Assembly (NCBI GenBank): GCA_905195005.1
Contig: CAJJUC010000002.1
Span: forward strand, 1-42,660
DNA length: 42,660 nt
Reading direction: 5' to 3'
Source: an uncultured Eubacteriales bacterium
Lineage (GTDB): Bacteria; Bacillota; Clostridia; UMGS1883
The position numbers and the translations under genes were made by a program. How positions within the stretch are numbered: the stretch's first letter is position 1; each line of letters starts with the position of its first letter. The notes beneath the pieces were generated by a model. It saw nothing but the letters and a program-made list of their open reading frames with translations. It searched no databases and was not told the DNA's origin. Shown here piece by piece: positions 8,322 through 17,623 of the stretch.

Positions 8322-10358
8322 CTAAAAGTCATCCGGCGGTTTCGCCGAGCTGTATAATCGTTTCTTTTCTGTCGGTTTGGTAGAAACAGAGTTTTCTTCA
8401 CTGGCTTTTTGAGCGCATTCGCAATCCGGCAATGTATTTTGCAGTGCGGTTTCTGAGTCTGTGAGAACAGCGCCTTGCTGCGACTCTTCATGGACCATGT
8501 CAGCATTCTGATTAAGATTAACACAGCTTTTTTCTGAGTCTGACAAATCGGCACTTTTATGAGCATCTCCATCAATGATTTCGACATGCATGTCGTTCTT
8601 ATGTGTATTTGGATAATAGTCCATCACGGATATTTTACTTATCTGCTTTGCCATTGGGTGCTTGGTATAATCAAGCTTATCGAGTTTCAGCACATTACAC
8701 CCTCTGATAATGCAAAGCATTTGTGTGTTCGGCAGCCGCAGCACCTCATCGGGAGTAAGCACCTTTCGTCGGCCTTGCCCCTCGGTATGACGGTACTGGG
8801 GTATCACCTGAGCTACCGCAATGGTTTGCCGAACCGTCATGGTGGTATCAATCTGGATACTCATATCTCCGCTTCGGTCTGAGAAATGCTCGGCAGTTAA
8901 GTCATCGGTACAGCCTAACATCAGCTGGATATCACAGTTGCCCACAATTTCCGACCAGAGATTGTTCGGATATCTGTTCTGGAGCTGTCCCAAGCTCTGC
9001 ACAGCGAGCATTACTCGGATTTGCCTTGATCTGACAACACTCAGCGAGCGTGCAAAATCACTTCCGTCCGCAGCGCCGCCGATACGCCCGACATTGTTAA
9101 ACTCATCCAATATCAGATTGACGGGGACATCGCAGCACTGATTGGGGCGTGAGTCTGCATACCTTGAGAGTCTGATGAACATAAATGAAAAAAAGAGCGA
9201 TGAGAGGAACGCCATTGTTGCATCCTGATCGCTCAGTATCATAAAATATGCACATTTTTTCTTCCCGGGGGCGGTTAAATCAATATCCGATTCGGTAGCT
9301 ATGTTTTTCACAGACTCATTCTGGAGAACCTGAAGCCGCGTGCCAAGTCCCAGTATTATTCCTGATTTGACTGTATCACTCGATTGAGCAAATAGGTTAA
9401 ACGGCGCTCTTGCCGGATGGTCCATTGGCAGCTTTTCAAACAATGCCGTCAACTGTCTTTCAGTATGACGAGTTAAGAGCTGATACACTGCGGGAAGATT
9501 TTTTTCTTGTTCGGTTCGTGTTTTATCCAAATCCACATATAAAACAAGAGCCTTGAGTAAGTTGCCCTCACCGTTATCCCAGAAGTGGTCGCCCTTGCCC
9601 GAACTCGTATTTCCGATAATGACATTGGTCAAGGTCTGAGCCATAAGCGTATCTCCGTTTAAGTCTGACATACAGTTCCATGAATCACTATGCTCAGGGT
9701 TGACCAGATTGTATACTTTAACTTCGTAACCGTTTTTTCTGAACAGGTCTGCTGTATCGGAATACAATTCGGATTTCGGATCGGTGATTACCACAGACTC
9801 GGAATTTTTTATCGCCTGAAACAACGCATTACGGATTATAGCCCTTGATTTCATTGTTCCTGATGCACCGAAGATTGCTATATGCCTGTTGAACCTCGTA
9901 TCTTTCGGCATACAAACGGCTTTTCCCTTATATTCGCCCAAAATAACTCCGCCGGCCTTTTCAACAGGGGATATCTCCAGCACTTCGTTCATGTCAGTCT
10001 CGGACATCCAGCCTGCCGTGCCGTAAGCACCCGTTTTGCTTTTTGCAAAACCTCTCGGATCTATTTCTTTGCCATCAAACTTATCGTGAAATCTGACATA
10101 CAAAAAAATTCCCGCCGCTGCGAGAATGATACCGAGTATTCCTTTTAATCCGTTTACGGTAAATGCCTGCGGGATGCACGCAAGCGGACTGAAATTGACG
10201 GATTTCATCTCAGTATTACCACCAACACCGCCTGAGCTGAGCCAAGTTTTATAATGGTCCATAAATTGTCCCATCATTCCGCCAAGATAAATAAGTCCTA
10301 ACATTCCCGGTATGACAGCAGCGATAATAACAATTCGTCGCTTTTTTTCATTGTCCAT
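8322..10358 (-). CDS. Type IV coupling protein, VirD4/TraG family
   Basis: N-terminal TM helices, Walker A FGASGTMKS and Walker B-like VNLILDEFNNVG. The start was chosen at ATG 10358 (GGAGG 8 nt upstream); 10364 or 10430 are alternatives. Confidence 0.88.
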   Translation of the reverse strand: MDNEKKRRIVIIAAVIPGMLGLIYLGGMMGQFMDHYKTWLSSGGVGGNTEMKSVNFSPLACIPQAFTVNGLKGILGIILAAAGIFLYVRFHDKFDGKEIDPRGFAKSKTGAYGTAGWMSETDMNEVLEISPVEKAGGVILGEYKGKAVCMPKDTRFNRHIAIFGASGTMKSRAIIRNALFQAIKNSESVVITDPKSELYSDTADLFRKNGYEVKVYNLVNPEHSDSWNCMSDLNGDTLMAQTLTNVIIGNTSSGKGDHFWDNGEGNLLKALVLYVDLDKTRTEQEKNLPAVYQLLTRHTERQLTALFEKLPMDHPARAPFNLFAQSSDTVKSGIILGLGTRLQVLQNESVKNIATESDIDLTAPGKKKCAYFMILSDQDATMAFLSSLFFSFMFIRLSRYADSRPNQCCDVPVNLILDEFNNVGRIGGAADGSDFARSLSVVRSRQIRVMLAVQSLGQLQNRYPNNLWSEIVGNCDIQLMLGCTDDLTAEHFSDRSGDMSIQIDTTMTVRQTIAVAQVIPQYRHTEGQGRRKVLTPDEVLRLPNTQMLCIIRGCNVLKLDKLDYTKHPMAKQISKISVMDYYPNTHKNDMHVEIIDGDAHKSADLSDSEKSCVNLNQNADMVHEESQQGAVLTDSETALQNTLPDCECAQKASEENSVSTKPTEKKRLYSSAKPPDDF

Positions 10359-11496
10359 TGGCATCACCTCCGCAAAGTGCATCTTCAATTTGTTCAAGCC
10401 CGATTGTCTTGATACTGACATCAGAACCAAGATGATTTTTTATAAGTTCAACCTGCTCGGGAAAGCAGAGTACCTCAAGCATCTCCGTTCGGTAACTTCT
10501 CGCCTCGCTAAAACGCATCAAGCGTGCAATATCACTATCCAAGAAAGACAGCACATAAACGCCATTTATATATGCGTCATACTCAAACGCTCCCAAATCA
10601 TTTGACCGGCATTCAGGCTCGAACAATAAATCAAGCAATTTCTGTTTTCGGTCTGGGATAATTAAAATTTTCAGAAGTCTTATTCCGAACTCGTTCATGG
10701 GAACAAAATGAATATGTCTGTATATTCCGTCGAAACGAAATTCAAGGCGCCTGTTTTTTTGATTTTCCAGCATTGTCTTATATGCCGTTTTGTAAGACTC
10801 ACCGAAAAGTATCGCAGTGTCAATTTGTGAAACACCGGCATTCAATCTGGCAACCTCGATTAAACTGTGCAGCGTCTTAAATTCACCCATACCATTCCAT
10901 TTCATAACTGCATTGCGGGTGTTATACACAGCGTAGCAATTATGATTTATAAAAATGGTCCCTGCAATCCGGGTAAACATTGTTTTATTCATCTCAGTCT
11001 GACCGATATGTTTCAAGCTCTTGGCAAAATAAAACGAAGGCTGATTAAACTCCATTCTTTTTATAGCCTCATTCTGCAATTTAGGTAACTTATAAGGTCT
11101 TGACTCAATCCCGGCTCGGATGCACATGATTGCAGCCTCGGCAACTCTGTGATTGCGTTCAGTATGGGAAATGTCGCCCGGAAATCCATGATTCCATGAT
11201 GCGCTTAAATAATTCTCCTCTGCATATGGCGAAATCCATCTCAGTATGGGAATTGCCGCCTTATACAGTCTGACTGTTTTCCCAAAAGACTTTCCGGTAA
11301 CGGTCAAAAGCCGACAGGTCATCTCATCTCCGGAATTGTACTCACGAAAGGTTTGTACCTCACACAATCTTCCGATAAGCACCTTATATGTTCTTGCATT
11401 ACCAAAAAGCCTGACGGAACGGTAAGGAAATTCGCCTGTTATTCCGATGACGGAAACGATGTCATACGCATGACTGCCGGGGCGGAAGTGTATCAT
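10348..11496 (-). CDS. Conserved ICE protein of unknown function; positional candidate for a relaxase or relaxosome component
   Basis: 382 aa with a GGAGGTG RBS. It overlaps the T4CP gene start by a few nt, which suggests translational coupling. I could not see a HUH, Rep_trans or tyrosine-recombinase signature. Confidence 0.6.
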   Translation of the reverse strand: MIHFRPGSHAYDIVSVIGITGEFPYRSVRLFGNARTYKVLIGRLCEVQTFREYNSGDEMTCRLLTVTGKSFGKTVRLYKAAIPILRWISPYAEENYLSASWNHGFPGDISHTERNHRVAEAAIMCIRAGIESRPYKLPKLQNEAIKRMEFNQPSFYFAKSLKHIGQTEMNKTMFTRIAGTIFINHNCYAVYNTRNAVMKWNGMGEFKTLHSLIEVARLNAGVSQIDTAILFGESYKTAYKTMLENQKNRRLEFRFDGIYRHIHFVPMNEFGIRLLKILIIPDRKQKLLDLLFEPECRSNDLGAFEYDAYINGVYVLSFLDSDIARLMRFSEARSYRTEMLEVLCFPEQVELIKNHLGSDVSIKTIGLEQIEDALCGGDANGQ

Positions 11497-11513
11497 TTAT
11501 TCCACCTCCCGAA

Positions 11514-11647
11514 TCGGAGAATTTTCCGACAACATGACTGCTCTCTTCGTCGGAATTTCGGCTCTCTAAATCCTCCGGAACCTCAGTGTCCATGCGCTTT
11601 TTGTGCCTATCAAAAGATATGTCTTTTTTTCTCGGCGGAATTTTCGG
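11514..11647. repeat. Three copies of a CGGA(G)AATTT(T)C(C)G motif between the RusA-like gene and the 382-aa gene
   Basis: The copies are tcggagaattttccga (11514-11529, itself a 5-bp inverted repeat), tcggaatttcgg (11550-11561) and gcggaattttcgg (11635-11647). Confidence 0.5.
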
Positions 11648-11651
11648 TTTT

Positions 11652-12353
11652 TTACATATGTTTTTCTTTCCAAAAAACGGGGCTTTCATAAAGTTTCACC
11701 CCCTCATCAGGCATAGAATTTTCTATTGTAAGCCACACCGCAAATTCACTTTTGGGCAGTACATAAACCTCTGTTCTGTCCGTCTGTCCTTTTGCACTGC
11801 AATAATAATGGGAGCAGATTTCCGGCCCGTCGTCCGGCATAACATATATAGCGACAATATCCGAAACCATATTGATTTCGATATTGTCATGATCGCGCAT
11901 CCGGCGTTCCGGACGCTTTTCATCATATATGTGCCGATATATCAAAATACAGTCTGTATACCGAACCGGGGCAAGCCCTTCAAAAAACTCTTTCATTGCC
12001 GGATAGAGGAAAGAACGCACATACTCGGCAGAGCCTTCCGATTTTTTGGGGAGCAGTGCAGGTATTCTCAGTGAAAACCAGCCTTCTCTCGTAAACCCGA
12101 TTTCCAGAGGAATATTAAGCCGTTCAATGTTGCTGACCTCAGCCTGTGCAAGCGGTTTTCCGGTGTATGCAGGAAGCGTTCTGCTTAAAAGAACAGCCTG
12201 TTCCATTTGTTCTTCAAGCTTTAATGCGTGTTCGTACATCTGATAGGTATTTCCGCAATCAAAAAAGGCACGAACATTTTCAATCGTGCCTCCGACAATT
12301 TTCAGTTTTCTTTCGAGCTTTTTCAGCGAATCGCCAAAGCTGTTATATATCAT
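11652..12353 (-). CDS. Protein with a RusA-like Holliday-junction-resolvase core (C-terminal about 120 aa) and a coiled-coil N-extension
   Basis: 233 aa. The segment PERRMRDHDNIEINMVSDIVAIYVMPDDGPEI aligns position for position with E. coli RusA [32 protein letters not shown]. The D-x-D-N and DD acidic residues sit at the same spacing. Confidence 0.55.
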   Translation of the reverse strand: MIYNSFGDSLKKLERKLKIVGGTIENVRAFFDCGNTYQMYEHALKLEEQMEQAVLLSRTLPAYTGKPLAQAEVSNIERLNIPLEIGFTREGWFSLRIPALLPKKSEGSAEYVRSFLYPAMKEFFEGLAPVRYTDCILIYRHIYDEKRPERRMRDHDNIEINMVSDIVAIYVMPDDGPEICSHYYCSAKGQTDRTEVYVLPKSEFAVWLTIENSMPDEGVKLYESPVFWKEKHM

Positions 12354-12876
12354 TTTTTATCGCCTCCTCAGAATAAAATGTAATATCGGGTTCGTCACGG
12401 CCGTTATAATCTACCGTTGCAAATATACACGGAGCTTTCGGCAGTTTTAAGCTTGCCGCCATCGTAATTGTCGGAACTATAATGATATATTTAAGATCGT
12501 CTTCGGGACGCAGCAGCCTTAGCAAATGTTCCTCGCCGTCATAAAGAGTTACAATTTCATATCCGATATTATCTTTCAGAAAAAATATCTGAGACGGATA
12601 AACAGCCGGGTAATGCGCCATAGGTTCCACCTTGTCAATATATTGGAGCAAAACCCACACTGCAAGGATAACTCTTTGATCCGGCTTGCTCATAGGATCA
12701 AGCGCCAGATAATATCCGTCGCCGATTTCCGATATTCTGAGCTGACGCTTGAGATTATTTATAATCTTTTTCGCAGTGTCCGGCGGCTTTTGCAGCATTT
12801 GAACGATTTGCTTTCTTGGCAATGTCCCGTACTGCGACAGCCACTTTACCACATATTTTTCATCTTCCAACAGCAT
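12343..12876 (-). CDS. Hypothetical ICE protein with an N-terminal winged-helix-like segment
   Basis: 177 aa from ATG 12876 (AAGGTGGTG RBS); the tracked longer start would overlap virB4. The N-terminus reads YVVKWLSQYGTLPRKQIVQML. It overlaps the next gene by 11 nt. Confidence 0.6.
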   Translation of the reverse strand: MLLEDEKYVVKWLSQYGTLPRKQIVQMLQKPPDTAKKIINNLKRQLRISEIGDGYYLALDPMSKPDQRVILAVWVLLQYIDKVEPMAHYPAVYPSQIFFLKDNIGYEIVTLYDGEEHLLRLLRPEDDLKYIIIVPTITMAASLKLPKAPCIFATVDYNGRDEPDITFYSEEAIKNDI

Positions 12877-12907
12877 TTTTATCACCACCTTTATGCGTAT
12901 TTTTGTC

Positions 12908-15448
12908 TTAATGCGTATTCTGTTCGGAATGCGTTTTTTCAGCCTGCCGCTTTTTAAGAATAGTTTCAAGCTCGGCACGGTCTGTTGTTATCATTTCCTG
13001 TTCCTGCTTGGAGGCTTTTATGATAACCGGAACTTTGTTATTGTTCGAGTGTATCAGTGCTTCGCCCCGTTCAAACTGCGTAATGGAACGAACCTCGCTT
13101 TTTGTAAGCTTCAGAACATCCTGAACATATCTGGCTTCATCAGGTTCAAGATTCAAAATAATCTTGTTTTTGGAGTTATTTATAATAGCTCTGCCGTATT
13201 TGCCGTCTTCCATACTGAAAAAGTCCGACAGGTCTTGTGATGCTGAAATACCGGCGCCGCCGAAACCTCGGATTGTCTTAAAAATGTTAAGACAAAACTC
13301 TGCTGCCTCTTTACTTGACGACGCTCCGATAAGCTTCCAGATTTCATCTATCATAATAGCTTTTTTCTTTGTTATGTCAGCCTTTACATTATCCCATACA
13401 TAATCAAGAGCTATTACCATTCCGACAGGGAGAAGTTTTCCTTTCAGTTCCGACAGGTCAAGCACTATATATTTATTTGACAGGTCAACATTCGTTTGTC
13501 TGTTGAACGACTGCGCCGAACCCGTTACAAATCGGCTTACGATAATCGCAATCCTTTGCGTCATTGGATTGTCAAGCAAATTCTTATGCAAATCTCCGAG
13601 TATCGGCATTTCTTTTAATACCGAAGGATTTGCGTCTTTATCCACATACACGGAATCGTTATCGTGTGTGATACCGAAATCAGCATATGTTTTTATAAGC
13701 GCCTCATCCAGCATTTGTTCTTCCTCGTTTGACATATCGGGAATAAGCAATGAAAAGAATATCATAAGCTGCTGAATTTTTGAGGCAAGCATAGAATTGT
13801 TTTCCGAATAATCCATTTCATCAATCAGATCCATTGCAGGAGAAGTCGTGTGCCGTATCTGCATGACATTGATACAATGCGGAGAACCCGGAGCAATCTT
13901 AATATACTGACCGCCAACCTTATTACAAGCTCTGCGAAACTCATGACCTTTTATCGGAGCAATGATATAACACTGGATTCCTCTCATTCTCATTCTGAGG
14001 GCTAAAAGCTGCATAGTAAAGGTTTTTCCCGCGCCGCTTGTTCCGAGCAGCGTCAGATTGGCATTTTTGTTTTTCTTCGTGTTGAACAAATCCACAATGC
14101 ACAAAGAATTATTATGGCGGTTAACGCCGAGCAAAACTCCCGTATCATCTGACATTTCAAAGGAAGTGAACATATAGGTTGACGCAGCACCGCTTGTCAG
14201 AACATTTCGCCTTGATTTCTTTTCAAGTGAAGAATCCATTTTCAAAAACGGCATAACAGAGCATAACGCTTTTTCCTGCTGAAACCGACAGTCGCTTGTA
14301 TACATATCCATTGACTTTAGCATATCAACCATTTGCTGTTTACGCCAGAGGAGTTCCTCGTAGGTTTTTGCGGATATCGTTATAAACACCGACATATAAA
14401 ACAGATCCTCGTTATAATTTGCAATGCCGTTCTTTATGAAATATCCCGACTGTATGGAGTTCGTCAGTTCTTCATAATCGGTGCTTGTGTCCTGCATACT
14501 TTTAAGCTTTGTTCGGTTAAGCCTTATGCGCTGTGCAACCTTGTCAATCGTTCTGCTTCGGTTTTCACGGTACAGAAAAGCATCAACATCAATGCCTTCG
14601 CCTGCGTTAATCATAGAGGACATCCAACCGGCTCTGACTCTGCCCGGAAAACCGTTTCCCTTGATATACAGAAAGGAGTAGTACATTCCGTCCATTACGA
14701 TATAATTGTAATGCTCAAGGTCAATTCCTCTCGGTGCAATAAAATTTACGGTTTTAATCGGCGGTATCGGATCAATGCCGATTACCTTGTTTTTTGCCGC
14801 CATTGTGTCAATAACCACTCTGTCAACTCTTGAAGAAAACGGTTCGTCTACACAGGAACGCTTGTTGAAAAACATATACAGAATTTCAGCAACGGCTTCA
14901 TCGGGATCTTTCGGCTGAATAATCGTATTACCGCATTGCAGAAAATATGTTCTTGCATTTTGCTCTGCTGTTTGCAGAACACCGTAAATCTGTCCGAAAT
15001 CGTCATTATCACTGTGCCTTGATTCCTCATACTGAAATATGAGAAAGAATCTCCTTGTAAGAGCTTCACGGCTTCCGACTTCTTTTATAAACCGAATATA
15101 GTCTTCGCCTTGTTTTCGGCATTGTTCATTTTCCTCGCTTTCAAGCTCTTTTCGCACCATAGCAATGTGTTTATCCGAGTCTGCCTTTCGGGTAATACTC
15201 TTAAACTGGAGCTTTGCCGGCGATATTTTAAGCCATGACGCAAACGAAGATATAATACCGAACTGTTCCTCAGATGATCGGAGCGTAAAGTTGATCGGTT
15301 CGATTTCAAGTATCTTGATAAATCTTCCGTCAGTTGTTTCTATAATGCCGTGCTTTATATCCTTAATCGGGATAAAATTCTGCACGAATTCAAGCTTTTC
15401 CGGATTTTTTCTTTTTTCTCTTTTTGGTTTTGAGCTGTTCTTCGGCAT
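12908..15448 (-). CDS. VirB4-family conjugative ATPase (TrsE/PrgJ/TcpF-like)
   Basis: About 846 aa from ATG 15448. Walker A is LLGTSGAGKTFT and Walker B-like is AIMIDEIWKL. The N-terminus FIPIKDIKHGIIETTDGRFIKILEIEPINF is typical of Firmicutes VirB4 proteins. Confidence 0.9.
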   Translation of the reverse strand: MPKNSSKPKREKRKNPEKLEFVQNFIPIKDIKHGIIETTDGRFIKILEIEPINFTLRSSEEQFGIISSFASWLKISPAKLQFKSITRKADSDKHIAMVRKELESEENEQCRKQGEDYIRFIKEVGSREALTRRFFLIFQYEESRHSDNDDFGQIYGVLQTAEQNARTYFLQCGNTIIQPKDPDEAVAEILYMFFNKRSCVDEPFSSRVDRVVIDTMAAKNKVIGIDPIPPIKTVNFIAPRGIDLEHYNYIVMDGMYYSFLYIKGNGFPGRVRAGWMSSMINAGEGIDVDAFLYRENRSRTIDKVAQRIRLNRTKLKSMQDTSTDYEELTNSIQSGYFIKNGIANYNEDLFYMSVFITISAKTYEELLWRKQQMVDMLKSMDMYTSDCRFQQEKALCSVMPFLKMDSSLEKKSRRNVLTSGAASTYMFTSFEMSDDTGVLLGVNRHNNSLCIVDLFNTKKNKNANLTLLGTSGAGKTFTMQLLALRMRMRGIQCYIIAPIKGHEFRRACNKVGGQYIKIAPGSPHCINVMQIRHTTSPAMDLIDEMDYSENNSMLASKIQQLMIFFSLLIPDMSNEEEQMLDEALIKTYADFGITHDNDSVYVDKDANPSVLKEMPILGDLHKNLLDNPMTQRIAIIVSRFVTGSAQSFNRQTNVDLSNKYIVLDLSELKGKLLPVGMVIALDYVWDNVKADITKKKAIMIDEIWKLIGASSSKEAAEFCLNIFKTIRGFGGAGISASQDLSDFFSMEDGKYGRAIINNSKNKIILNLEPDEARYVQDVLKLTKSEVRSITQFERGEALIHSNNNKVPVIIKASKQEQEMITTDRAELETILKKRQAEKTHSEQNTH

Positions 15449-15782
15449 ATTTATATCCCACCCTTCTAAAATGTAGTTTGCGTTTGCGTAAAACAAAACG
15501 CAGCATATGTGCTGCGTACTGAAATAACGAGTCGCCGTCAACTCCCATCATTGCCACAACTGCAAGCGGGAGCAGCGTAACCGTCATAACAACAATTCGT
15601 ATGGTTCCCGTCATCGGTATCAGCATAAGTTCGGGATAGCCGACAGCACCGACGATAAGCACGGTTTCGACTGCATTTCGCAGTTCAAGCATTCCGCCCA
15701 ATATTTTTCCCGAATCCGTATAATTCGCCGGAATAGCATAAATATTGTTATATTCTTTTTCTTCATTCAAAATATCATTCAC
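15390..15782 (-). CDS. PrgI/VirB3-like small membrane protein
   Basis: 130 aa with two TM helices and the N-terminal motif IPANYTDSGKILGG. It lies immediately upstream of virB4 and overlaps it by 59 nt. It shares an ATGA overlap with the hydrolase gene stop. Confidence 0.7.
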   Translation of the reverse strand: MNDILNEEKEYNNIYAIPANYTDSGKILGGMLELRNAVETVLIVGAVGYPELMLIPMTGTIRIVVMTVTLLPLAVVAMMGVDGDSLFQYAAHMLRFVLRKRKLHFRRVGYKYAEEQLKTKKRKKKKSGKA

Positions 15783-17527
15783 CTGCCTATACGATATACC
15801 GTAGCTGTCGTTTTGAATCTGCCGAGATTCAAAGCTTGTTGATGATTCGGTACATAAATATCAACACGATGTATATTGTTCTCAATTTCGGAGCCGCCGC
15901 GATCTTCGACCGTGTATAGCTTTCCGTTTATCATAAGCTGCGTTCCAAACGGATAGTTGCTTGACATTGCAACCATACCGTCTGCAAGTGGTTTTCCGCT
16001 TGCGGTTTTTGCAAGGGTATTGCCGTTGCACTGATAACAGGAGCAGTAATGAGTAACTTCAACCTCTAATGTATACAGACCTGTACCGGAAGGCTCTGCG
16101 GAAACCGCCATATTATAGTCAACACCGTTCGGTCGTCTTAATACCAAACTTGCCTCATAACTTGGTGTGTTTAGAATAACACCGCTGCCGCCGGAGGAAT
16201 GAACCCACATTCGTGAGCCGTCATCACCGTAACCGGCAAACATAAGAACATGATTCCAATCACCACCGCCCGAGTTTGCCAGAAACCCAAGATCGCCAAT
16301 CTGCAAATCCGATGCGGAAACAGCCGATGTTTTCGGATATTGTCCGGAAGTCCCGTCGCCGATATATACGCCTAAAGCTGTTTGATAAACCCAGGTTGTA
16401 AAACCGCTGCAATCAAGCCCATATGGTCTGATTGTTCCCGTTGAAGAAGAACCTGCCGCCGTGACAACTTTCGGAGTATTCCATTCATCATTCCAGCCGG
16501 GACCGGATTTTCCGCCCCAAAAGTACGGAACCTTGCCGACGAGTGCAAGTCCTGTTGTGAGGAGCTGCTTTCTTGCCGGAGTACAGTCTTGCCTATTCAC
16601 AAAATCAATAAGCTCTGCATCGGTAAGGGGAACACCCTCGCCGCCGCCCAAAGAACCGTATAAAGTCATTTTGAGCGAGTTTGCCATATTGGAAATGGCA
16701 TTGCGGTAAGATATACTGAATGCTTCCGCAATTACATTGTTATCAAATGGGTGAATCGTACATTCCGCATATGTAACCGTTCTTTCGGTGCTTGTCCCGT
16801 CATCACTTGTTTCCGTAACTGTTGTGGTTTTAACCTCGTAAGTTACGGGAAACATCTTGCCTGCAACAGCATTCAGCTTGTTAATCATATCATCTTTGCT
16901 TGTATTTTTCTGTTGCAGAGAAGCCGAATACGCAGAAAGGATATATGAAACATCATACCCTGCCGAGCTTTGAGCATAATTGATTGTGGCTGCCATTGAG
17001 GTTTCGTAATCGTATCCGTCATTTCGGATTATGTTTTCGACCTTTGACATTGATGTGTTGTATCCGTTTTCAACAGCATTTGAAACATCAACCACCAAAC
17101 TATCGTAAACCGAAGTTATCGTAACGCCTTCTACCGGCTGCGTACCGTTTGTTCCGAATATGCTATCCATTATAATTGACGGGAGAGATACTATCATAAC
17201 AATTAAAAAAGTCAATGATAAGCATACGCATATCAGAATCTTAAAGAGGGTGTGCCGCATAGACCACGCAATCGAAATGGCTGCTCCGACAGGTCCGCCT
17301 GCCGCAGTACCGGCAGCGATTTGTGCGGCGGCTTTTCCGCCTTCTACGCTTGCTTTAACAGTTGCCGCCGCTGCTCTTGAAGTGGCTTCAGCGCCTTTTT
17401 TCGCAGTTTCTTTTGCGGCGGTTTTGCCTGCTTCCTTTGCGGATTTAGCGGCATTTGCCGCTTGCTTTGCGGCTCCGGCATAATTATCCGAACCGTCACC
17501 AAGCTGATTTTTCTCTTGCGTTGCCAT
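15779..17527 (-). CDS. Conjugative cell-wall hydrolase with NlpC/P60 and 3D (RlpA/MltA-like) domains
   Basis: The N-terminus is Ala/Lys-rich with a TM helix. The NlpC/P60 catalytic Cys context is YGLDCSGFTTWVYQ, with a downstream His (WNHVLMFAG). The C-terminal 3D-like domain reads VAMSSNYPFGTQLMINGKLYTVEDRGG...VDIYV. Start chosen at ATG 17527 (AAGGAAGGTG RBS). Confidence 0.85.
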   Translation of the reverse strand: MATQEKNQLGDGSDNYAGAAKQAANAAKSAKEAGKTAAKETAKKGAEATSRAAAATVKASVEGGKAAAQIAAGTAAGGPVGAAISIAWSMRHTLFKILICVCLSLTFLIVMIVSLPSIIMDSIFGTNGTQPVEGVTITSVYDSLVVDVSNAVENGYNTSMSKVENIIRNDGYDYETSMAATINYAQSSAGYDVSYILSAYSASLQQKNTSKDDMINKLNAVAGKMFPVTYEVKTTTVTETSDDGTSTERTVTYAECTIHPFDNNVIAEAFSISYRNAISNMANSLKMTLYGSLGGGEGVPLTDAELIDFVNRQDCTPARKQLLTTGLALVGKVPYFWGGKSGPGWNDEWNTPKVVTAAGSSSTGTIRPYGLDCSGFTTWVYQTALGVYIGDGTSGQYPKTSAVSASDLQIGDLGFLANSGGGDWNHVLMFAGYGDDGSRMWVHSSGGSGVILNTPSYEASLVLRRPNGVDYNMAVSAEPSGTGLYTLEVEVTHYCSCYQCNGNTLAKTASGKPLADGMVAMSSNYPFGTQLMINGKLYTVEDRGGSEIENNIHRVDIYVPNHQQALNLGRFKTTATVYRIGR

Positions 17528-17580
17528 ATGCGATACACCTTCCTTCATATATTTTAAGCTGATTTCTCAGCGGATTTTTT

Positions 17581-17617
17581 GAAAAAACAAAGCAGCCGAA
17601 TAATACAATCCGACTGC
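17581..17617 (-). terminator. Intra-operon hairpin plus U-tract between the VirB6-like and hydrolase genes (possible partial terminator)
   Basis: The minus strand reads GCAGUCGGA-uuguauua-UUCGGCUGC (9 bp including 2 G.U pairs), followed by UUUGUUUUUUC. Confidence 0.4.
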
Positions 17618-17623
17618 ATTGTT

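Noticed and set aside
8303-8587. 94-aa minus-strand ORF
   Set aside because: It is an out-of-frame overlap with the 3' end of the VirD4 gene. It has no RBS, and its basic low-complexity sequence looks spurious.
11462-11689. 75-aa minus-strand ORF spanning the repeat-containing gap
   Set aside because: It overlaps both neighbouring genes by ~35-38 nt, has no convincing RBS and gives a low-complexity translation. It is kept only as an alternative explanation in the oriT-candidate finding.
15390-15448. Possible frameshifted VirB3-VirB4 fusion across the T-rich/A-rich tract (runs of 5-6 identical bases)
   Set aside because: Both ORFs have their own start codon and RBS. The VirB4 N-terminus looks complete, and overlapping virB3-like/virB4 genes are common. 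This cannot be excluded without read data.
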